Shown piece after piece: positions 29,110-38,323 of a stretch of DNA of 64,000 nucleotides. Within the stretch, counting starts at the first letter, position 1, and each line of letters starts with the position of its first letter. The notes beneath the pieces were generated by a model that was not told where the DNA came from, made no database searches, and worked only from the letters and a program-made list of their open reading frames with translations. This DNA comes from Candidatus Hodarchaeota archaeon (GTDB lineage Archaea; Asgardarchaeota; Heimdallarchaeia; Hodarchaeales; Hodarchaeaceae): contig JAEOTQ010000034.1 in NCBI GenBank assembly GCA_016839785.1, positions 1,206-65,205 of the forward strand, given 5' to 3'. The translations under genes and the position numbers were made by a program.

Positions 29110-31617
29110 TCAATCATCTCCCTTACTAGCACTTCCACCAGCAATTAAGGCAACTGAAGAAATTTTTACTCCACTATCTCTCTCCAAACGCATCAGAGTG
29201 ACTCCAGATGTTGCACGACCAATCACTCGGATATCTTTCATTTGCATTTGTATTAACTTTCCATCATTCGCAACCATCAGAAGTAAATGTTCTTCAGTGA
29301 CACTTTTTACAGCAATCACATCACCATTTCTTTGGGTTACTTTGATATTGATAACTCCTTTTCCATTTCGTCTTGTAATCCGATACTTGTCAAAAGTTGA
29401 TCGTTTACCGTAACCATTCTCACAAACAGTTAGGAGAGTCATTTTTTCGTCAACAATAGCCAAATCAACAACAGAATCGTCCGAATTGAGACGAATTCCC
29501 ATCACACCCAAGCTACTTCTACCCACAACTCGTACATCAGATTCTTTGAAACGAATCGCTTTACCCTTCTTGGTAGCTAAGATAATGCCTTTTGTACCAT
29601 CAGTAATTTTAGCTCCAATTATCATATCATCATCACGTAATTTTTGCGCAATGATTCCAGTAGTACGGATGTTTTCATAATCAGTTAAGGACGATTTCTT
29701 TATTAATCCATTTTTTGTTGCTAAGACTAGAAAATGATCTGGATTGAAATCTCTAACACGAATAACAGAGACAATCTTATCGGTTCTATCCATCCGTAGA
29801 AGATTGACTATATTCAGTCCTTTCGTAACGCGTTGTTTAGAGATCGGAATTTCGAATCCACGAACGCGGTAGACTCGTCCTTGAACTGTGAAAAATAAGA
29901 TAGTGTCGTGAGTCGAGGCTACTATCATTTCTTGTAGGAAATCATCTCTACCGATTTCCATTGATTTAATCCCTTTACCCCCACGATGCTGGGAATTATA
30001 CACATCAGTAGAAATCGATTTAATATAGCCATTAGATGTTAGAGTGATAACAATATCCTCTTTTGTGATGAAATCTTCCTCAGTTTTATCAGTCCAATTT
30101 TCATAGCTATCCGAATCATCAAGGACGATACGTGTTCTTCTGGGATCTCCATATTTAGATTTTATTTCATCAATTTCACTAATAATTATTCCTATGATAC
30201 GTTGTTCACTCCCCAATATATCTTCATAATCTTTAATCGCTTCGAGTATTTCTTTGTACTCTTGGAGTATTTTGTCTCTGTCAAAACGTGTTAAACTTCT
30301 GAGTGGTAAAGCGAGAATATCTTTAGCTTGGATTTCACTAAGAGGAAAATTGCTTATTAACGCGGATTGGGCTTCAGACCCATTACTTGACCCTCTAATA
30401 ATCTTTATTACTTCATCAAGATTTTCGACAACGATCTTTCTCCCTTCTAATATATGGGCTCTTTCACGAGCTTTTTTCAGATCAAATTCCGTTCTACGCA
30501 CGACTATCTCATGTCGGTGATCGATGAATTGAGTTAGTAAATCTTTCAAATTAAGATTTTTCGGACGAATTTTGACCTCATCCCCCACTTTAGCATCTAC
30601 TAAAACCATATTCTTAATGGAATATGAAGTTTGCATAGGAGTGAATTTGTATAAGCGATTCAAAACAACTTCTAAGTTGGCAGATTGTTTTAGATTGATA
30701 ACTATTCTCGTTCCGCGTATAATGTTGGATTCATTCTTAACACTCCCTATCTCTGGAAATTTTCCTGCTTCTTTCATTCTCTCGATTATATCCACTAAAC
30801 CACGATGTTCTATTGTATCTTGTCGCTTTACAAGATATGGTACCTCTGTTATTATTATTCTTGTCCTATTTTTTTTCTCTTCAATTTCATATTTTGCTCG
30901 TAGGATTACATTACCTGTACCAGTATGGTAAGCTCGCTTTATTCCTTTCGTGCCGAAAATTACTGCTCCTGTGGGAAAATCTGGCCCTGGAATATATTTC
31001 ATTAATTCTGTTATGGTAATTTCAGGATTTGCAATTACAGCTTTTACTCCATCTAAGACTTCCCCTAAATTGTGAGGGGGCATAGAAGTTGCCATACCTA
31101 CAGCTATTCCCATAACTCCATTTATAAGAAGATTAGGGATTTTTGCAGGTAGAATAACTGGTTCTTGATCTAAACCATCAAAGTTGTCTACAAGATCAAC
31201 TGTATTTTTGTTAATGTCCATAAGAAGTTCATTGGAGATTTCAGCCATTCTGGCTTCAGTATATCGCTGAGCTGCGGCTGGTTGTCCATCCATACTTCCA
31301 AAATTTCCTTGACCTTGAATTAAAGGATATCTAAGAGAAAAAGGTTGTGCTAATCGTACCAACGCATTATAAACTGCATCTCCTCCATGAGGATGATATT
31401 TTGCACTAGTTTCTCCAATAGTCCTTGCACATTTTCTTGGTGGACGATTATGAACTAATCCCAAATTATGCATCGCCCATAAAATACGCCTATGAACAGG
31501 TTTCAATCCATCTCGCACGTGGGGAAGTGCTCTACTTGTTATTACAGACATGGAGTACTCTAAATAGCTTTTTGCCATGGTTTTTTCAATAGGAGTGATC
31601 CTGATATTACTACTCAT
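29110..31617 (-). CDS. gyrA: DNA gyrase subunit A
   Basis: SRALPHVRDGLKPVHRRIL, AKYHPHGGDAVY, catalytic AAAQRYTEARM, C-terminal beta-pinwheel repeats. I prefer the ATG at 31617 (MSSNIRITPIEK...) over the track's TTG at 31635. The stop TGA abuts the top6B ATG. Confidence 0.92.
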   Translation of the reverse strand: MSSNIRITPIEKTMAKSYLEYSMSVITSRALPHVRDGLKPVHRRILWAMHNLGLVHNRPPRKCARTIGETSAKYHPHGGDAVYNALVRLAQPFSLRYPLIQGQGNFGSMDGQPAAAQRYTEARMAEISNELLMDINKNTVDLVDNFDGLDQEPVILPAKIPNLLINGVMGIAVGMATSMPPHNLGEVLDGVKAVIANPEITITELMKYIPGPDFPTGAVIFGTKGIKRAYHTGTGNVILRAKYEIEEKKNRTRIIITEVPYLVKRQDTIEHRGLVDIIERMKEAGKFPEIGSVKNESNIIRGTRIVINLKQSANLEVVLNRLYKFTPMQTSYSIKNMVLVDAKVGDEVKIRPKNLNLKDLLTQFIDHRHEIVVRRTEFDLKKARERAHILEGRKIVVENLDEVIKIIRGSSNGSEAQSALISNFPLSEIQAKDILALPLRSLTRFDRDKILQEYKEILEAIKDYEDILGSEQRIIGIIISEIDEIKSKYGDPRRTRIVLDDSDSYENWTDKTEEDFITKEDIVITLTSNGYIKSISTDVYNSQHRGGKGIKSMEIGRDDFLQEMIVASTHDTILFFTVQGRVYRVRGFEIPISKQRVTKGLNIVNLLRMDRTDKIVSVIRVRDFNPDHFLVLATKNGLIKKSSLTDYENIRTTGIIAQKLRDDDMIIGAKITDGTKGIILATKKGKAIRFKESDVRVVGRSSLGVMGIRLNSDDSVVDLAIVDEKMTLLTVCENGYGKRSTFDKYRITRRNGKGVINIKVTQRNGDVIAVKSVTEEHLLLMVANDGKLIQMQMKDIRVIGRATSGVTLMRLERDSGVKISSVALIAGGSASKGDD

Positions 31618-31639
31618 CTTAAATTCATCCCTCAATTCA

Positions 31640-33661
31640 TTAAATATCTAAATTTTCAACTTCTAACGCGTGAGTTTCAATAAACTCACGTCTAGGTGCC
31701 ACTTCTTCACCCATCAATGTGACAAACATTCGTTCCGCATCAATTAGGTTCTTTCGAGTCACTTGAAGCAGTGTTCGCTTCTCTGGATCCATTACTGTCT
31801 CACGAAGCTGAATCGGGTTCATCTCCCCAAGCCCTTTAAATCGGCTTATTTCTGTTTTTCCTCCCCACTCTTGAATGGTTTCGTCCCTTTCTTGCTCGGA
31901 AAGAACGTATAATTCCTTGTTCCCCTTTTTAACCCGAAATAAGGGAGGTTGTGCAATATAAAGATAGCCCTCATCAATTAATTCGGGCATATATCTAAAA
32001 AAGAAAGTTAATAGAAGACATACGATATGATGACCATCGATATCTGCATCCATCAATAAAATAATTTTATGATAGCGAACTTTCTCTATTTTGAAGTGTT
32101 CTTTATAACTCGCTCCGATTGCACGAATAATTTCAAGAATTTCCTTGTTTTTCATTGCTTTTTCTAATCGTGCCTTTTCTACATTGATAACTTTACCTCG
32201 TAACGGTAAAATAGCTTGAAATTCACTAAATCGACCTTCAATTGCACTACCACCTGCTGAATCTCCTTCAACCAAAAATAGCTCTCGTTTAGAAGGATCA
32301 GAAACTGCGCAATCCACTAATTTCCCCGACCCTTTTCCCTGTGTTTTCCTTACTGCTTCTCTGATTTGTCGAAACTTCATTCGTAACGTAGCAGCTGCTT
32401 CACATTTCTCTATGATACTCCTAGAACTCTCGGGGTGTTCATCAAGAAATCTAAGTATGTTCTCATACACACAGCTCTCTACAACTCCCTTTACTTCACT
32501 ATTTCCTAATTTACTTTTGGTTTGTCCTTCAAATTGAGGATTCATGATTTTAACTGATACGACTGCAACAAGTCCTTCACGAACGTCATTTCCAGTAAAA
32601 ATTGACCTCTTTTCTTTTAATCCCTTTTTCAAATGTGTATTGCGTATTAATTGCTCATTTTTCAAAACGTATGCATTTAAAGCTCGTGTTAATCCTGACT
32701 TAAAACCAGATAAATGTGTTCCCCCATGTCTTGTGTTAATATTATTTGTAAAGGTATTAATTAAATCTCTCTCTGAACGATCATAAGCTAGGGCAACTTC
32801 TACTTGCATTTTCTCAATATTCACATCAAAATAGGGAATATCATCATGAACGCGAGTTGTAGCAAGCTGATCTACATAAGCTTTTATTCCTCCATCAAAA
32901 TGATAAATCCATTTGTTTAAAGGTGTCTCATGATCTACATCCTCTGATTCTTCTAAAAGTGATTGAGATTCATCTGATTCTAAATCGATCTGTGATTCGG
33001 AAATAGGAAGTTCCTGTTTCCTTTCATCAATAAGTGTAATTGTAAGCCCTTTATTTAAAAAAGCTAACTCCCTTAAGCGATTTCGGATTGTAACAACATC
33101 TACTTGGGTTACTTCGAAAATTTCAGGATCAGGAATGAATGTAATATGGGTTCCACTCTCATATTCCCATTCCTCTTCCACAGTAATCACTCCATGGGAA
33201 ATGGTTTCTCCCCTAACATACTCTTGCATCTGAACAGAATTATTTCTCTTGACTTTGACTTGCATCCAGCGTGATAGCGCGTTTACAACAGCAATCCCGA
33301 CCCCATGAAGTCCACCACTAACTTTGTACGACTCGTGGTCAAATTTCCCTCCAGAATGTAATCGTGTGGTCACTAGTTCTAATGAAGAGATATTGTAATC
33401 AGGATGGATTTCCGTAGGGATTCCCCTACCATTATCTTGGACCGTTATTGATTCTTGTCCATGTTCTGTTTGACTTAATATCACAGTAATATTATCACAG
33501 ACATCAGCCATGGCTTCATCGACTGAATTATCCACAATTTCCCAAACGAGATGATGAAGCCCGTTTTCATCTATACTTCCAATATACATAGCAGGACGGC
33601 GACGAACCGCTTCAAGGCCTTCTAGAACCTGTATACTACTTGCACCATATTCACTTGACAA
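31640..33661 (-). CDS. gyrB: DNA gyrase subunit B
   Basis: IQVLEGLEAVRRRPAMYIGS, EIVDNSVDEA, DNGRGIP, GGLHGVG, Toprim EGDSAGGS and MDADIDGHHI. TTG start. Confidence 0.92.
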   Translation of the reverse strand: MSSEYGASSIQVLEGLEAVRRRPAMYIGSIDENGLHHLVWEIVDNSVDEAMADVCDNITVILSQTEHGQESITVQDNGRGIPTEIHPDYNISSLELVTTRLHSGGKFDHESYKVSGGLHGVGIAVVNALSRWMQVKVKRNNSVQMQEYVRGETISHGVITVEEEWEYESGTHITFIPDPEIFEVTQVDVVTIRNRLRELAFLNKGLTITLIDERKQELPISESQIDLESDESQSLLEESEDVDHETPLNKWIYHFDGGIKAYVDQLATTRVHDDIPYFDVNIEKMQVEVALAYDRSERDLINTFTNNINTRHGGTHLSGFKSGLTRALNAYVLKNEQLIRNTHLKKGLKEKRSIFTGNDVREGLVAVVSVKIMNPQFEGQTKSKLGNSEVKGVVESCVYENILRFLDEHPESSRSIIEKCEAAATLRMKFRQIREAVRKTQGKGSGKLVDCAVSDPSKRELFLVEGDSAGGSAIEGRFSEFQAILPLRGKVINVEKARLEKAMKNKEILEIIRAIGASYKEHFKIEKVRYHKIILLMDADIDGHHIVCLLLTFFFRYMPELIDEGYLYIAQPPLFRVKKGNKELYVLSEQERDETIQEWGGKTEISRFKGLGEMNPIQLRETVMDPEKRTLLQVTRKNLIDAERMFVTLMGEEVAPRREFIETHALEVENLDI

Positions 33662-33912
33662 AATTTAACACCGATGGTCCCGAAAAAGAATACATCTCAC
33701 AATTTCATTGTGTATGAGCATTGAAATGAGTAAAAATTATATTTAACTCAATTATTCTATGAAGAACTTCCTATTTAAATCTTCTTATAAGAATTCATCC
33801 CTTTTTTTGGCAAATTACTTAGGTTTAAATTTCGTAAAACCGAATTTACTGATTTGCGCCTTAACAAATGAGAAATAAACAACAGAAATGTATACAGGAG
33901 TTAAAAAATAGA

Positions 33913-34650
33913 TTATTGTCCGAGATATAGTCTGGTGCATAAAGATTCATCAAGATTTGCCATTTTCAACTCTTCACACGTCTTTTCAATTTCATATTTG
34001 ACTCGAATATTTCTAACTTTTAACCCTGTTTCTGAGACTTCTACAGTGCAATAACTAGCATCTGGATTCTCATCTCTAGGTTGACCTACACTACCAGGAT
34101 TAATCACACAACGATTATCTTTTTTATAGTTAAACGCCCAATGTGTATGTCCCATTGCCACGAGATTCCATTGATCAAGCCATGTATCTAGCATAGCCTT
34201 CTGATCATCCAACGGCTCATCAATCCAATAAGGAAACAAGAAATACTCCCATTTCTTTTCAGGAGTCCCATGTACAAAAAGAAATTCATTATTAGTGGTA
34301 GATAAGGTTTTTTTTGTTCTCAATTTTCTTAAAAATTGAAACTGTTCCTTGTTGTTTTCTTCAAGCAAAATTTTCCGAGTCCATCTTAGTGACCGGATTG
34401 CTGTCTCATTAAACCACTTGACTCTTCTCTCGAAATTAATCGCGGTCACGACTGAATCATGATTTCCCTTAATAACAATATCACATCGATTTTTAATTAT
34501 ATCAATACATTCAATTGGTTTTGCATAATACCCCACAATGTCTCCCAAACACACAATGTGATCCAACTTACCTTGGTGTCTAATACTTTTGAAAACAGAT
34601 TTTAAAGCTTCTAAGTTCCCGTGAATGTCTGAAATAATTGCTATTTTCAA
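33913..34650 (-). CDS. Calcineurin-like metallophosphoesterase (YfcE/MJ0936-type)
   Basis: SDIHGN, GDIVGY, GNHD, GHTH motif series. TTG start. Confidence 0.75.
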   Translation of the reverse strand: MKIAIISDIHGNLEALKSVFKSIRHQGKLDHIVCLGDIVGYYAKPIECIDIIKNRCDIVIKGNHDSVVTAINFERRVKWFNETAIRSLRWTRKILLEENNKEQFQFLRKLRTKKTLSTTNNEFLFVHGTPEKKWEYFLFPYWIDEPLDDQKAMLDTWLDQWNLVAMGHTHWAFNYKKDNRCVINPGSVGQPRDENPDASYCTVEVSETGLKVRNIRVKYEIEKTCEELKMANLDESLCTRLYLGQ

Positions 34651-34680
34651 GGTTTTTGACTCAGATAAGTCATATCTAGG

Positions 34681-35196
34681 TTAACTGTCACGATCACGAA
34701 GAGATTGCACTAATTCCTCTTTTTGAGATTCAAGCGTTGATATTCTTTCATCTTGTGTCTTTATTTTTTCCGAAAGCTGCTTTTTATCCAAGGTGAGAAG
34801 ATCGACCTCACGTTGTAATGAAACAAGACGATTTTCATTAGTTTGTTTCTGGGATTCAAATTCTAACTTCTGATCACTTAGTTTTTTCTGTAGCTCAGAA
34901 ATTTTGTTGCCTAAATCGTCATATTTTCTTTGAATCTCATCAACTTGTTGTTTAAATGCATTTCTTTCCTTTATTAATGTATCCAACTGAGAAATCAAAG
35001 GTTCTACCTTTTTAAAGGCTTCTTGAACATTTGTTCTAATCGAGCTAATTTCTGTGTTTACATCGTCAAATGAATTGGTCATCTCAACCACCTTAGACTT
35101 AAAATGAATTGAAGTATTTGATACAGGATTTTTGTACTTTTCAGTTTTTCCTTTCATTTGGGATAGACTAGGACTAGAATCACGACCATACTTCAC
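34681..35196 (-). CDS. Coiled-coil protein, function unknown
   Basis: 171 aa; the C-terminal ~110 aa are heptad-like and rich in Q/E/K/L. No enzymatic motif. Confidence 0.45.
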   Translation of the reverse strand: MKYGRDSSPSLSQMKGKTEKYKNPVSNTSIHFKSKVVEMTNSFDDVNTEISSIRTNVQEAFKKVEPLISQLDTLIKERNAFKQQVDEIQRKYDDLGNKISELQKKLSDQKLEFESQKQTNENRLVSLQREVDLLTLDKKQLSEKIKTQDERISTLESQKEELVQSLRDRDS

Positions 35197-35448
35197 ATCA
35201 GGGCATATGTTTTATCACATTTTCTTCAATTCTACTTTAGATGATGTTATGATGTGGGAAAGAATGATTGGGAAAAAAATTTGTAGGAAAATTTGAAGAA
35301 ACTTTGAGCTAAGAATTTTAACCTCAAAACACATAATTTTTATTACTCGAATCGGGTCTAGTTCTTGTTTGTTAAATAGTCCAGAGTGGTTAATTCCACA
35401 AAAAAATGAGTCCTAACTGATTCAATGTAGATTATAACTGATACAGAT

Positions 35449-35637
35449 GTGAAATTTGTGAAGTTAATTAGCTTTAAAGCTCCTAAATCATTCCTAGAAG
35501 ATTTAGATGAATTAGTTAGAGGAGGAGTGTACAGTTCTCGTTCTGAAGCGATACGAACAGCTATTAGAGATCTTCTCAAACACGAGCTTGAATGGAGAGA
35601 TGGGAAACCACCCTCATCTTTAAAATTTGAGGAATAA
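35449..35637 (+). CDS. Ribbon-helix-helix (CopG/NikR-N-like) DNA-binding protein
   Basis: VKLISFKAPKSFLEDLDELVRGGVYSSRSEAIRTAIRDLL matches the RHH beta-alpha-alpha pattern. GTG start. The antisense ORF 35358-35642 is judged spurious. Confidence 0.65.
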   Translation: MKFVKLISFKAPKSFLEDLDELVRGGVYSSRSEAIRTAIRDLLKHELEWRDGKPPSSLKFEE

Positions 35638-35656
35638 ATCATTATTAGGTGAAATT

Positions 35657-36883
35657 ATGTCTACAACTCAAACTGATGCGCAATCTCCACCCATCCCAGC
35701 AAAAAAGAGGACAATCGGCGATAATTTACGCCAATTGAAATTTAATTTAACCGCAGTTCGGGGAGACCTAAAATATCTCTTCCGGGTTGTATTAAGGGAA
35801 TTGCGATATTTTATACCCTTAGGTGACCTTCTCATTTTATTTTCTATGATAATATTGATTGTTATAGTTGTTATGGGTTCAGTATTTTATGCTTTCCCAT
35901 TTATTCTATCCATGCTAATTAATCCCGCTTTTGGAGAAAATATACAATCAGGGATGTTCACGTGGTGGGATAATAATTTTGATTTTCGTATTATTGCTTC
36001 AATTATTGGAGTAGTGACTATCGTAGTTCGATTAATGATTCAATCTCCGATTAATAAATACCGAGATAAAGTCAATGCCCGTAAAGATATTACGTACATT
36101 TTCGGTAGCTCTAAACCAGCGGAGCAATTTCTCTTTGAGATGGTTCATAGATATGGTTATGAAGAGCGAGTCTCTTTAATCGCTGACTCAGATTTATTAT
36201 GGATACGGAAATTAAAAGCTTTTATTGATGTATATGTAGTCGAGGATATGAAGGAATTTGAGAAACCAAATTTATATGAAATCATCGGGTTCAAAAATGC
36301 CACTCGTATCATGATTTTGACAGAGAGCATAGAATTGAACCAAAATATTCTAACAAACCTACGACAAGTAAGGCCAGATGTAGAGATAATTTTGCTTTCA
36401 CAATTTGCTCCAAATTTTGTTTTTAGTGATTTAGTCAAAGATGAAAATTTAATATTGATAGAAGATCTGGATGTAACCGTACAAGGCCTAGTATTATCCC
36501 TAAGTCTCGATTTTGATTTTCCTCAGACTTCAGAATTAGATGTACCAAGAAATTACGTTGGAAAATCTGGGGATACAATGAGTTTCGACATTCCTAAACT
36601 AGAAGTTATCCTCATCAAACGTGGAGATGAATTGCTTCCCTCTACCGAAAAAATGCTTCCAGATGATAGAATAGTGGTTTACTATTACAGCAATTTCGAT
36701 ATGAAACGTACAAACAGAGTTGTAACAGAACTTCCCCATAAAAAGAAGAAGAAAAAGCAAGGAAAAAAGTTAACGAAAGAAAAAACCGAGTCTAGCACCA
36801 CTGAAGACTTAAGTGAGGAAAGGATCGATGCTTATGACACTGATCAATCCATATCAGATCAAATAGAAGAGGAGGAATCATAA
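35657..36883 (+). CDS. Membrane protein with a cytoplasmic RCK/TrkA-N-like domain and a Lys/Glu-rich tail
   Basis: About three N-terminal hydrophobic helices, then a domain paralogous to the next gene. ATG at 35657 follows AGGTGA. Confidence 0.5.
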   Translation: MSTTQTDAQSPPIPAKKRTIGDNLRQLKFNLTAVRGDLKYLFRVVLRELRYFIPLGDLLILFSMIILIVIVVMGSVFYAFPFILSMLINPAFGENIQSGMFTWWDNNFDFRIIASIIGVVTIVVRLMIQSPINKYRDKVNARKDITYIFGSSKPAEQFLFEMVHRYGYEERVSLIADSDLLWIRKLKAFIDVYVVEDMKEFEKPNLYEIIGFKNATRIMILTESIELNQNILTNLRQVRPDVEIILLSQFAPNFVFSDLVKDENLILIEDLDVTVQGLVLSLSLDFDFPQTSELDVPRNYVGKSGDTMSFDIPKLEVILIKRGDELLPSTEKMLPDDRIVVYYYSNFDMKRTNRVVTELPHKKKKKKQGKKLTKEKTESSTTEDLSEERIDAYDTDQSISDQIEEEES

Positions 36884-37593
36884 TGGGGTTTTTCAAAAAG
36901 AGACGAGTTCGGAAGTTTGCGGAAAAAGCAGTTGAACAACAAAGTGATTTTTACGTTTTTGGAAGTAATGATTTCACAGAAGCCTTTATTGATCAATTAA
37001 TTCAGATCGGAGCTGAAAGTAAAGTTTCTCTAATATCTGATATCAAACTAAACTGGATAGAAGAAGTTAAATCGCATATAAACGTCTTATATGAAGAAAC
37101 CGCAGAAGAATATGCTAAGAGAAATTTATATGAAACTCTGGGATTTCAAAACGCCAAAAAAGTCATCATTCTCCACGAAGATCCTGTATTAATTCAGAAC
37201 ATTATGTCATATGTCACCGGAAGTGATTTACAGGTTATAATATTGGCCCAATTCGCTCCACCATTTGTTAAATATTTGTCGGGGCAAAAACGGGGTCAGA
37301 TCATCATTGTAAACAATCTATTTCAAATTGTTAATGAATTATATGCGAGAATGGATTTACCTTTGAGTAGGCCTCCTGTTATTGCAATTCCAGTTCCTCC
37401 AAGATTGATTAACTCCTCACTCTCTTCAGTGAATATTCCAAAGGTTCGTATATTACGAATATTGAGAGAAGATTACAAAAAGAAGCTATTGCCAATCGAT
37501 CTTACCCCTCGAGAGAATGATAAGCTGCTATTATATTTGGAGGATTCCCAAAATTCTTTGAAAAATTTAGTAGACTTTTTAACAAAGAACTGA
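36883..37593 (+). CDS. Soluble paralogue of the preceding gene's cytoplasmic (RCK/TrkA-N-like) domain
   Basis: KVSLISDIKLNWIEEVKSH..NLYETLGFQNAKKVIILHED...IILAQFAPPFV parallels RVSLIADSDLLWIRKLKAF..NLYEIIGFKNATRIMILTES...IILLSQFAPNFV. The start overlaps the upstream stop (TAATG). Confidence 0.5.
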   Translation: MGFFKKRRVRKFAEKAVEQQSDFYVFGSNDFTEAFIDQLIQIGAESKVSLISDIKLNWIEEVKSHINVLYEETAEEYAKRNLYETLGFQNAKKVIILHEDPVLIQNIMSYVTGSDLQVIILAQFAPPFVKYLSGQKRGQIIIVNNLFQIVNELYARMDLPLSRPPVIAIPVPPRLINSSLSSVNIPKVRILRILREDYKKKLLPIDLTPRENDKLLLYLEDSQNSLKNLVDFLTKN

Positions 37594-37643
37594 CTATTCT
37601 CCTCTTTCTCTTCTTTGGGTTTTTTAGGATTTCATAGCGGATA

Positions 37644-38273
37644 TCAGCTCTCTCCATTCACGATAACATGATAGCATATCAAGTGTTCACCCTCAATTTT
37701 CTGCCTGGCGGCTTCCTTAATAAATAAGTCCGATCTTTTCATTATTTCAATATTGTCATTTAATGAAGAAGAAAGAAAAAATGCATGCCTGAATCGAAAT
37801 TTTTGAAGTTCATCTAGAAATAGGGTGATCGGTAATACCCCACTTGGTCCTCCTGCCCAAGATCTAGTGATTGGAGGACTATATTGATTGTACTCATCAT
37901 GAGACGTTCGGACATAAGGAGGATTGAAATAGACTACATCTGGATAAAATTTCTTGGGATTAATACAATCAAAAAATCGTGTACAACATAGATAATATTC
38001 GTTATTTGGAATCCATTCTTGGATGTTTTCTTTACTTAAAGAAACTGCCATTGGAGATATTTCTGTGCCAAAAAAGCGTAAATGTGGATATTTTAAACTC
38101 AAATAGATAAGAATATAGGCTGTTCCTACTCCTACTTCACAAATAACTCCTTGGTGATCTTTTTTGACTTTATACTCAGACAAAAAATCAGATAAAACGT
38201 CTGTAAGGAACCAAGTATCCTCACTAGGAGGATAAACATCAGGATTTGACCTTACAGAAAAATCTCTTACCAT
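37644..38273 (-). CDS. Mtq2/PrmC (HemK)-like SAM-dependent methyltransferase
   Basis: VYPPSEDTWFL, EVGVGTAYI (motif I) and YFNPPYV (NPPY), as in archaeal/eukaryotic release-factor glutamine methyltransferases. Confidence 0.65.
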   Translation of the reverse strand: MVRDFSVRSNPDVYPPSEDTWFLTDVLSDFLSEYKVKKDHQGVICEVGVGTAYILIYLSLKYPHLRFFGTEISPMAVSLSKENIQEWIPNNEYYLCCTRFFDCINPKKFYPDVVYFNPPYVRTSHDEYNQYSPPITRSWAGGPSGVLPITLFLDELQKFRFRHAFFLSSSLNDNIEIMKRSDLFIKEAARQKIEGEHLICYHVIVNGES

Positions 38274-38323
38274 TTCAGTATCTCAGAACCATACGTAAAA
38301 CCATGGCATTATTATTTTTCTCT

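Noticed and set aside
35358-35642. 94-aa minus-strand ORF overlapping the RHH gene
   Set aside because: The plus-strand frame gives a clean ribbon-helix-helix pattern with an SRSEAIR helix. The minus-strand translation is low complexity with no motif.
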